Origin: Burkholderiales bacterium
Lineage (GTDB): Bacteria > Pseudomonadota > Gammaproteobacteria > Burkholderiales > SHXO01
DNA length: 64,000 nt
Assembly: GCA_035501875.1 (NCBI GenBank)
Contig: DATJVI010000103.1
Span: 23,820-87,819 of the forward strand
Reading direction: 5' to 3'
Each line of letters begins with the position of its first letter. Positions within the stretch are counted from its first letter, which is position 1. Positions 9,809 to 17,502 of this stretch are shown piece after piece. The notes under the pieces were generated by a model, which saw only the letters and a program-made list of their open reading frames with translations, was not told the DNA's origin and made no database searches. Made by a program: the position numbers and the translations under genes.

Positions 9809-12217
9809 TCAGTGCACGCGGCGCAGCTCGCCGGTGTTCCCATCCAGGCGCAGCATCTCGCCGGTCTTGAAGCGCCGCGTCACACCCGGGAGCTGTGCGA
9901 TTGCGGGTAGTCCATATTCCCGCGCCACCACGGCGCCATGCGAAAGCACGCTGCCGACTTCAGTGGCCAAACCTGCCGCGCGACCGAAGTAGGGCGTCCA
10001 TCCGACGTCGGTGAACGGGGTGACGAGGATCTCGCCCGGCTGCATGGCCGCAGCTTCCGCGAGATTGCGGGCTACGCGGGCCGGCCCCACTGCCACGCCA
10101 CGGCTGAGCGGCATGCCCTGCATCACGTCGCCTCCCGTCAGCGCATCTTCCGCTGCGGCGAGCGGAACCGGTTTGCCTTTGCATACCCGCGGGAACTCCA
10201 GCGCCATTTTCCGCGGGTGCAGCCGCCGGCGATGCTCGGCGCTCCGCACCAGGGCACGATCGGGTCCCTGCGCGAGGCGCGCGAGCTCGTTATGCGTGAA
10301 GAAGAATACGAGGTCGACATCCGGCAACCGGCCCGCGGCGACGAGCCGCTGCGCGTAGTCCACGTAGCCGCGCTTGAGCTGTCTCGCCATCCAGACGCTG
10401 AACGACTTCGAGCGCTCTCGCTCGACCACCGACGCATGTGCCTTCGGGAGCAGCCACCGAATCAGCGCTCGTGCGCCCCACGACAGTCCCGCGAGCGCTT
10501 CATCCGCCTCGCGCTTCCAGTCGGTCTGCGTCTTGCGCGGCGCAGATACGATGAGCTGCAGCGACTGCACCAGTGGCAGCGGATCCTCCTGCCAGTCGCG
10601 CTCGCGGAGGTCCAGCTCTCGGATGCAGCGGTGGCCATGAGCTGCGAGGAAGGACTCGAACGATTTGCCCGCGCTCCCGGTAGCGGAACTTCTCAGCCAC
10701 TGGAGCGCCTCCTCAGCCGACATGTGCGCGAAGCGCTCCTTGCCTGCCGGCTGTGCCGCGATGAGCGCTCCCAGGCTGTCGAGCGCGTCCGTCACGCCGA
10801 TGGAGCTCTTGTCCGCATGGTCAGCGTCGGCCTTCGCTCCGGCCAACAGCGCCGCCACCGCTGCTTGGGATTTCGCGGTCGGCGGACCTCCCTTGCTGAG
10901 CAGCCCCTGGAACAGGTTGAGGAATCCGATCGCCATCATCGAGGTGTGGACGTGCACCGAGCCCGACTCGCTGTAGATCTTGACCGCTTGATCCAGGCGC
11001 CGGTAGTACTCGATCAGGTCCTCGGTGGGCTCCACGCGAAACGAGCTGTAGCGCGCCACGAAGGCGTCGAGTCGTTTCTTGCCGGCGGGGATCAATCGAA
11101 GGTAGCGCACCGTGTGCATGAGCCGCTGCAGGAGTGGGGCCTTGGGCGGGAGCTTCGCGGCCGGCAGCACCTGTCCGGTGAGCGTGAGGTCGTAACTTTC
11201 CTTGCTCATGCCGAACATCTGGGTGCCCAGCAAGTAGCCGGCTGCGGTGCTGATGAAGGTGTGCCCCTGCACGCTCACCACGCACGGCACGCGCTCCACC
11301 AGCTCCCTCGGTAGCCCGGCCATCACTTGCAGCTCGTTCATCCCCTCCGCATACGCGGGCCCCACGACTGACCAGCTCAGCGGCGGCATGGCGCCGGGCA
11401 TCCACTCAGCGACGTTGTGAGTGGTGAGCTGCCAGTCGGGATCGATCGGATCGTCCAGCTCGTCCGGCCCGGGCAGCTCAAGTGTGGTGATGGGCCGTGC
11501 CTGGAGCCAGTAGAGCTGGTTCTCGTGGTCGATGGCCCATTCGAGATCGAGCGGATGGCCCATTCCCGCTTCGGCTTTCAGCGCATCGGTCAGCAGCTCC
11601 GCTAGCTTCGCCTCATCTACCGACGCTTGCTCACCCTGCACCGCGCGCTCGAGCACGGCGCCGTCGCGCGAGAGGACGAAGTGATCCGGCGTGCGGTAGC
11701 CGCCTACGAGCGCCTCACCGCGTCCTCGGACCGCGTTGATGACGACGCGATCTCGCTGGCCGGTGACCGGGTCGGCTGTGAAGATCACGCCGGCCGCGGT
11801 GGCATCCACCATCCTCTGCACCAGGACTGCCATCTCGGGGCCGCCCGCCACCTTCATCTCGGTGCGATAGGATTCTGCTCGTCCCGCTGCCGCCGATGCC
11901 AGGCAGCGTTCCACGGCCGTCCGGATTTCGGCGGCGCCTTCAACCTCGAGCACCGTTTCGAACTGTCCGGCGAAAGACGCCTCCGCACTGTCCTCGGACA
12001 GCGCAGACGAGCGCACCGCCACCGCGCCGCCGAGGCGCGCGCTGTATTCGTCCAGATCGGGCGGCAGGCGTCCCGGCACAGCTCCGACGATGACAAAGCC
12101 ATCGGGCACGCGGAGCCCCAGTCGAGCAAGCGCTGCGAGCTGCGCGGCCTTGCCGCCTACCGGCTCCGTCGCGATACGGTTCAGGGGAATCAACTTCGGG
12201 GATGCTGTCTGGGCCAT
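9809..12217 (-). CDS. PEP-utilising enzyme family protein (PEP synthase-like ATP-grasp N-domain plus C-terminal swivel His domain)
   Basis: 802 aa. N-terminus: GGKAAQLAALARLGLRVPDGFVI, VAVRSSALSEDSAEASFAGQFETVL. C-terminus: TDVGWTPYFGRAAGLATEVGSVLSHGAVVAREYGLPAI. No PEP/pyruvate TIM-barrel domain recognised. Confidence 0.8.
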   Translation of the reverse strand: MAQTASPKLIPLNRIATEPVGGKAAQLAALARLGLRVPDGFVIVGAVPGRLPPDLDEYSARLGGAVAVRSSALSEDSAEASFAGQFETVLEVEGAAEIRTAVERCLASAAAGRAESYRTEMKVAGGPEMAVLVQRMVDATAAGVIFTADPVTGQRDRVVINAVRGRGEALVGGYRTPDHFVLSRDGAVLERAVQGEQASVDEAKLAELLTDALKAEAGMGHPLDLEWAIDHENQLYWLQARPITTLELPGPDELDDPIDPDWQLTTHNVAEWMPGAMPPLSWSVVGPAYAEGMNELQVMAGLPRELVERVPCVVSVQGHTFISTAAGYLLGTQMFGMSKESYDLTLTGQVLPAAKLPPKAPLLQRLMHTVRYLRLIPAGKKRLDAFVARYSSFRVEPTEDLIEYYRRLDQAVKIYSESGSVHVHTSMMAIGFLNLFQGLLSKGGPPTAKSQAAVAALLAGAKADADHADKSSIGVTDALDSLGALIAAQPAGKERFAHMSAEEALQWLRSSATGSAGKSFESFLAAHGHRCIRELDLRERDWQEDPLPLVQSLQLIVSAPRKTQTDWKREADEALAGLSWGARALIRWLLPKAHASVVERERSKSFSVWMARQLKRGYVDYAQRLVAAGRLPDVDLVFFFTHNELARLAQGPDRALVRSAEHRRRLHPRKMALEFPRVCKGKPVPLAAAEDALTGGDVMQGMPLSRGVAVGPARVARNLAEAAAMQPGEILVTPFTDVGWTPYFGRAAGLATEVGSVLSHGAVVAREYGLPAIAQLPGVTRRFKTGEMLRLDGNTGELRRVH

Positions 12218-12401
12218 GCCTGTAGCCTGCGCCCGCTAAGCGCTCGTCCCGACCGCGTCTGGCGGGCCCTGTAATGCCTGCACGAACGTCACAGTGATTA
12301 TGATCGGCCGCACACGCACCGTAAGGTTTGATTCAGGTCAAACGCGGCCAACGAAACGGCTACGAGAACCTCCGGTCTCCGCCCTCCGCTCGCGCGTGCT
12401 T

Positions 12402-13520
12402 CTACTTGGCGTGCTTCACCAGCTGGCGCGGCCCGACTTCCGCGCCGTACACGTTCCCTTGCGCATCCACCGCGAGACCCTCCGCGGCGCTCGTGCCCTG
12501 CATCTCGAGCGGATCGGGGATCCGATACAAGACGACACCGTCTTCGAGCCTCCCGATGCGAATCCCCCGCTTCCACCCCGGATGGCTGGCGGCCGGGAAG
12601 CCGTTGGATTCGGAGTCGGCCACATACAGCATGCCGTCGCGGATGTAGAGGCCGCTCGGCCGGCTGAACTGCTTCCACTCGGCGATGAACCTACCGTCCT
12701 GGTCGAAGATCTGGATGCGCATGTTCCCCCGGTCGGCGACCAACAGCCGCCCTTGCGCGTCCATCGCGAGGTCGTGAGGCGTTTTGAACTCGCCCGGCCC
12801 CGATCCCCACCTGCCGAACGAGGCGATGAACCTGCCGTCGGCTGTGAACTTCGAGATCCTTGCGACCGTACTCGGCCCGGAGCCCTCGTACTGCCCGGAG
12901 TGGCCTTCTGCGACGAAGATGTCTCCGTTGGGTGCGGTCACGACGCTGGTGGGCTCCGTCAGGGCCTCGGGCGGAGTTCCGGCTACACCCGGCTTCCCGA
13001 GCGTGAGCAGTACTTCTCCGTTCGGGCTGAACTTGACGACGACATGGCCCTTCGGCTTTTCCTCCGGGTACTTCTTGCGCTCCCGATCGTTCGCGCTTCT
13101 CGCATCGGCCACCCATGTGTTGCCGTTCGCATCCACGTAGATCTTGTGCGGGAACACGAACATGCCGGCGCCGAAACTCTTCAGGAGCTTGCCGGAGGCG
13201 TCGAACTTGAGAACCGGCGGCAGCGTCGAGCCGGCACAGCTATCGTATGCGAACGGCGATGCGCCCGGCGGGGCATCCGGGTTCCGGCCGCACCGGTCTG
13301 CCACCCAAACCGACTCGCCATCGTTGTCGATCGCGACGGCATTCAGCGCGCCCCATGTCCTCCCGTCCGGAAGGTTGCCCCACGGCGCCACAGTTCGGTA
13401 GGGGTTGGGAAGATCATTGGTCGGGTGAAGGTCGCCGTCCCCGTATGCGACAGCACTGCACAGCGCAATCGCGGGAACCGCAATCAGCCTCAGCAGACGC
13501 ACTCGACTTGTGTGTGGCAC
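12402..13520 (-). CDS. Secreted NHL-repeat beta-propeller protein (peptidyl-alpha-hydroxyglycine lyase-like)
   Basis: 372 aa. Signal peptide. Repeated NHL-type blades, e.g. GEFKTPHDLAMDAQGRLLVADRGNMRIQIFDQDGRFI and PTSVVTAPNGDIFVAEGH. Confidence 0.75.
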   Translation of the reverse strand: MPHTSRVRLLRLIAVPAIALCSAVAYGDGDLHPTNDLPNPYRTVAPWGNLPDGRTWGALNAVAIDNDGESVWVADRCGRNPDAPPGASPFAYDSCAGSTLPPVLKFDASGKLLKSFGAGMFVFPHKIYVDANGNTWVADARSANDRERKKYPEEKPKGHVVVKFSPNGEVLLTLGKPGVAGTPPEALTEPTSVVTAPNGDIFVAEGHSGQYEGSGPSTVARISKFTADGRFIASFGRWGSGPGEFKTPHDLAMDAQGRLLVADRGNMRIQIFDQDGRFIAEWKQFSRPSGLYIRDGMLYVADSESNGFPAASHPGWKRGIRIGRLEDGVVLYRIPDPLEMQGTSAAEGLAVDAQGNVYGAEVGPRQLVKHAK

Positions 13521-13628
13521 TAGCGCGCTCCTGTCGCTCCGCTTAGACGGGCGCCGACGGGCGAAGCCTGGCGGGACCCAAGCGGCGCCGCCGCTCAGCG
13601 CTCCAGTTGAATGGCTGGTTGGGCACCT

Positions 13629-14018
13629 TCACCGCCAGTAACTGCGCCCGCGCTTGAGAGTGAGCTGGTCGTCGCAGGCATCGAACTTACCCGTCAAAGC
13701 CGCCTTCGACACGGTGCCTCGGAACTTTCCGGGACAGCATAAGTTGTCTTCACGATCCGGAATCTCGAACTCGACCTGCTGACCCGTGACCTTCACGGGA
13801 ACGACGACAGGCATGCCCGGCTCGCCTTGAGCGCACTGAACGACCGCATAGTGCCCGCCGCGCGCCAGAACGATGTGTACTTCAGTCCCGACGACATCGC
13901 CCGCCTCTTCGATGTAGCGCATGTCAGAAAAGAAGCCTATCACGGATGGCGTACGGTCAGCCGCGTGACCGACAGGGATCAGCGAGAGCAGAACGATCGA
14001 GAATAGTGCGCTACGCAT
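13629..14018 (-). CDS. Small secreted hypothetical protein
   Basis: 129 aa from internal Met62 of the 13629..14201 ORF. Clear signal peptide MRSALFSIVLLSLIPVGHAA. No family recognised. Confidence 0.5.
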   Translation of the reverse strand: MRSALFSIVLLSLIPVGHAADRTPSVIGFFSDMRYIEEAGDVVGTEVHIVLARGGHYAVVQCAQGEPGMPVVVPVKVTGQQVEFEIPDREDNLCCPGKFRGTVSKAALTGKFDACDDQLTLKRGRSYWR

Positions 14019-14074
14019 CTTTACGCACCCAACGACGGAGCTGAGCCGGGCTGACGACCGAAGCGAGCACGGAG

Positions 14075-14098
14075 CCCAACAGCGGCTACGCCGTTGGG
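14075..14098. repeat. Hairpin repeat, copy 1 (cccaacagcggctacgccgttggg)
   Basis: 10-bp stem with one mismatch and a GCTA loop. A related copy lies at 16723..16746. A partial relative of the flanking sequence (ctggttgggcacc) lies at about 13605..13620. Confidence 0.4.
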
Positions 14099-14631
14099 CG
14101 CTCCCCTCGAGCGCCTGGTTGCGCACCGTCTGCACCGAGCGCCGTAAGGATAACCTGGGATAGCCACGCAATGTCATTTCGTCCGAACCACTTCCCCGCA
14201 AGGACCATCAAGATGCCGACAGCGAAAAGGCCGACGCCAAACAAGGGAAACCAGAACTCCCCGTTTGGATGGCGGATCACGATGATGGTCGCTAGCACTA
14301 CCCAGATCGCAATGAAGCCAAACCAAATCGACATGCAGAGCTTCACCCAGGGCGAGAAAGTGAAGCGACCTTCGAGCACGGTTCGCCCCCCAATGGTCTT
14401 GAATGAGCCAATGAAGAACGGCTTCCATGAATTTCGGACCCAGGGAATCACCCTCTGAATCGACACCTTTCCCTCAGTGACGCTGCCAACGGCGTTCTGC
14501 TTGGTCAGTGCGTGAAAGACGGACGGTTTCACAACTTGCCCCAAAAGAGCGACGGACTCCTGCACTGAGAACGGGCTCTCAAAGCGCGCTGGCACGCCGC
14601 CATAGATCAACTCAAAGAACCAGCGAACCAT
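14086..14631 (-). CDS. Hypothetical membrane protein (about 95-aa N-terminal soluble domain plus two TM helices)
   Basis: 181 aa. Hydrophobic segments WVKLCMSIWFGFIAIWVVLATIIVI and FWFPLFGVGLFAVGILMVLAG. No family recognised. Confidence 0.5.
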   Translation of the reverse strand: MVRWFFELIYGGVPARFESPFSVQESVALLGQVVKPSVFHALTKQNAVGSVTEGKVSIQRVIPWVRNSWKPFFIGSFKTIGGRTVLEGRFTFSPWVKLCMSIWFGFIAIWVVLATIIVIRHPNGEFWFPLFGVGLFAVGILMVLAGKWFGRNDIAWLSQVILTALGADGAQPGARGERPTA

Positions 14632-14673
14632 CGCTTGAAGGCGCCCAACGACAAAGCTTACGGGACCGTGGCT

Positions 14674-15030
14674 TTACCACGTGTCCCTTGCGGCGCCGGA
14701 TGAGAGCGCGAGCCTCTCACTACGAGCCGGGTCGAGGTCGAGCGATACACGAAGGCTTAGTCCGAGCCGTTCCACCACCACGCCGAGGATGCGGGTTGAA
14801 TTCTCCTCCACTGAGCCGGAGTCAGCCGAAGCTGGAAGAGAAAACCCCGCTTTCTCAGTGAACTCTACCCGATGCACCAGGATTCCATGCCGGTCGCTCT
14901 GCGCCAGAGCTGCAGCAAAGGGTAGTGCGTCTGGCACGGCGTTCCGCGATGACGCCAATGCGCCGCCACGTGAAGCCTTGGTCCACACGGTACGAATCAC
15001 CTGCAGCAAAACCAATGAACTCATTTTCAC
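14674..15030 (-). CDS. Possible small hypothetical protein
   Basis: 118-aa ORF filling the gap between the TIR gene and the membrane-protein gene. Mixed codon usage, no recognisable motif, no clear RBS. Confidence 0.2.
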   Translation of the reverse strand: MKMSSLVLLQVIRTVWTKASRGGALASSRNAVPDALPFAAALAQSDRHGILVHRVEFTEKAGFSLPASADSGSVEENSTRILGVVVERLGLSLRVSLDLDPARSERLALSSGAARDTW

Positions 15031-15174
15031 GTGGCCTGTGACGCCGAACGTTGCGTATGAGGGGCCGAGCGTCGCAGGCGCGAGGTCCCTTCGATGTGCG
15101 GGTTAGCTGGCAGGTTGCCTCCTCTTTTGATCCCGCGTCAAAGTTGTCGGGGCTCGTCGCAACTTGCGCCGTGT

Positions 15175-16383
15175 CTACTTCCGTCCGCCCGCGAATGGCG
15201 CGGCCGCCATCAGCACCGGCTCGACAGCGCGGAGCTCGCTGCGATCGACGTAGGCTTCGAGCGCGCGCCGCGTGATCGTACCCATCCCACCCTTGCCCCA
15301 GCTCGGCCAGGGCAGAAGGATCTTCGCCACCTCGTGGACCGGATCCCAGCCGACGAGAGCGCAGATGACGCCGCCCCGCAATCTCGCCTTCGACTCGAAA
15401 TCGATCGTGCCGGTTTTCATGATGGCGGCTTTGAACCACGAGTCCTGGACCGTCACGCCCGCGATGACGGGACGGCCGAGCGCCAGCTGAGCGGGCAGTT
15501 CGTCGAGGGATTTCAAGGGGTAGGAACGTGCGACATAGCGTCTGTCAGATGCCCTGGCCTTTACGCCGATAAAGTCGATGACGTAGAACAGCTCCCGTGC
15601 CAGGAAACCCTCCGATCCCACCGAGCGCTTGGTGCGCGACTTGAGTGAGTCGGCGATGTCGGGACCGGACAGCCAGACCTTCTCTCCGCGTCTCGCGAGC
15701 GATATTTCCATGGCGCGTGCCACGACGGCAAAGGACGCACTGGCCGTGTTCGCGAGCTTGCTGGGGGTGAGTCCCTGGCCATCCGTGAGATCGAGACGCT
15801 GTCGCTCGGCGCGTTCTGCGGCCTCGCGCGCTTCGCGCTGCTTCTCCAGCTGCCGGATTCGATCGCAGAGCTTGCCAATGCCGGCCGCCCACGGCAATTC
15901 ATAGGCGTTTCTGCCGGCGAGTTCCGCAATCGATCCGGGCAGCTCGCGGCGCGACGGCATCTTTGCACCATCGATCAGCAGCGGGATGATCTCTACGCCC
16001 GCCTTCAGCGCCGTCTCGATTTCGATGCGTACGTAATCGCCCTGTTCGGTTAATCGGCGTGTGCCGCTGGCGCCACGCAGTGTGAGCCACGAGGGACCGA
16101 TCAAGACGAGGAAGACCGTCGTGTTGCGGATCGCCTCCCCGATCACTGCTTCGAACTTCTGACCCGGCTGAAGCGTGTCGAGATCCCGGAAAATTCTTTC
16201 TTCGCCGAGCGACCTGCCGAGGGAATGCCGCAGATACGCCGCGGCCGGTTCGGTCGGATCGCGGCGATAACTGATGAATACGCGCGTCGATTCCGCGACT
16301 GCAAGGCTCAAAGCGCTCTGCTTCGGCGCCAGGCGCGGTCGCGGATTCTTCGCATGTCGCTTGCTAGGGGAGCGTGCGCGCAT
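15175..16383 (-). CDS. TIR domain protein with coiled-coil linker and papain-fold-like C-terminal domain
   Basis: 402 aa. TIR_2-type motifs RVFISYRRDPTEPAAAYLRHSL, VFLVLIGPSW, GDYVRIEIETALKAGVEIIPLLIDGAKMP. Charged helix RIRQLEKQREAREAAERAERQRL. The C-terminal blocks resemble C1 peptidases (see findings). Confidence 0.8.
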   Translation of the reverse strand: MRARSPSKRHAKNPRPRLAPKQSALSLAVAESTRVFISYRRDPTEPAAAYLRHSLGRSLGEERIFRDLDTLQPGQKFEAVIGEAIRNTTVFLVLIGPSWLTLRGASGTRRLTEQGDYVRIEIETALKAGVEIIPLLIDGAKMPSRRELPGSIAELAGRNAYELPWAAGIGKLCDRIRQLEKQREAREAAERAERQRLDLTDGQGLTPSKLANTASASFAVVARAMEISLARRGEKVWLSGPDIADSLKSRTKRSVGSEGFLARELFYVIDFIGVKARASDRRYVARSYPLKSLDELPAQLALGRPVIAGVTVQDSWFKAAIMKTGTIDFESKARLRGGVICALVGWDPVHEVAKILLPWPSWGKGGMGTITRRALEAYVDRSELRAVEPVLMAAAPFAGGRK

Positions 16384-16722
16384 GCCTCTATTCTACTGGG
16401 AGGTGAATTCGCGTCCTTCGATCTCAGGGCCTCCCCATAACGGATGCCGTTACGGTCCGTGGCTACGGCAAGGGAACGAAGCAGAACAACCTGGCGTAGA
16501 GCTCAAAGCCTACACCTCCCTTGGACGTCTGCGCACCGCCACATCCCGGAGCAGCGTTCTAGGTCCTTGAGCGAAAAGGCCAGAGGTCGGCGACTGAGGT
16601 TCTGTCAAGCGAATCCTTGCTTGTAGCTCTGGCGGATTAGCGAAGATTGTTTATCGCGTCCTCCCGTTCTGTCAGGCAATGTCGCCAATGACCGGGCGCC
16701 GGCGCGCACAGCGCGACGGGTA

Positions 16723-16746
16723 CCCAACAGCAGCTACGCTCTTGGG
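16723..16746. repeat. Hairpin repeat, copy 2 (cccaacagcagctacgctcttggg)
   Basis: Same core and loop as 14075..14098, with two stem mismatches. The flanks also resemble copy 1 (...gggcacccc versus ...gggcgctcc). Confidence 0.4.
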
Positions 16747-16808
16747 CACCCCGGTCGATTGCGGGGTTCGGCGGCTGCCCGCGTGCACCCATTCCGGCCG
16801 GCTTCGCG

Positions 16809-17054
16809 CTACGTAGGTATTTGTTCGTACGAGAACTCAGGGATGCCAGTGCGATCGGAGGCATGCTCAACCGTGATTGCGCAGAGATTGCCAGCGGCAT
16901 CTACATCGAGAACAGTGTTCTCATCCAGATCGCCCGTCTCGGCCATCGTCCCCTCGCGGAAGGGATCGGCTATCGCGCACTCAAGCCATTCGTCAAGAAT
17001 GATGACTCGGTCCGCACGCTTGCGGATCTCGAGGGAGTACCGGGTGAATTTCAC
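16809..17054 (-). CDS. Small ORF resembling a DUF4258-like N-terminus fused to a DUF2283-like C-terminus (possible toxin-antitoxin remnant)
   Basis: 81 aa. MKFTRYSLEIRKRADRVIILDEWLECAIADP resembles the start of DUF4258-type toxins. ETGDLDENTVLDVDAAGNLCAITVEHASDR resembles the DUF2283 core. Recognition is from memory of family consensus only. Confidence 0.3.
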   Translation of the reverse strand: MKFTRYSLEIRKRADRVIILDEWLECAIADPFREGTMAETGDLDENTVLDVDAAGNLCAITVEHASDRTGIPEFSYEQIPT

Positions 17055-17502
17055 GCGACCGCTGCACCAAAAGTCGCCGGCTCCTCTCGTGAAGGCGCCG
17101 AATATGTATTGGACGGACCGCGTCCGTGTCGTTTCACGGCAAGCGTCCGCCTATCCTGCTGCTCTCATGCGCCGCGTTCGATTGCGTGCGCCCCCCGTGT
17201 TCGAGCAACGTTAGCGCCAGAACAATGGGTTGCCAACCCCACGGGCCTGCGCCCTTGGATCACGGAGAGCTCTCCGGTACGCGTGATAGGCGGATGGTTT
17301 TCGCGTTTCTTGTGCGTCGAGGTCTGAGGTCCGGCTACTGTACGCAATATCAGCAGCGGCAGGTGGGCGTCTGCAGCGGTACGACGCCGTTCGGGAGCGG
17401 GATCAGAGCGCTTAACCGGGAATGTGGGCTCCCGCTAGGAGGCGCCAAGCACTCGACGCCGCAGCGCGGTGGAGCGGCCTCTTCGCGAGTCTACGGGCAG
17501 CG

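Noticed and set aside
14681-15106. 141-aa plus-strand ORF and the 14855..15439 minus-strand ORF in the gap downstream of the TIR gene.
   Set aside because: Both are Ser/Arg-rich with no motifs, and they overlap each other and the TIR 3' end. Only the 14674..15030 minus-strand ORF was kept, at very low confidence.
17170-17195. GTTCGATT, a T-loop-like sequence, as a possible tRNA at the edge of the islet.
   Set aside because: The flanking bases do not form a T-stem, and no acceptor, D or anticodon arms can be drawn.
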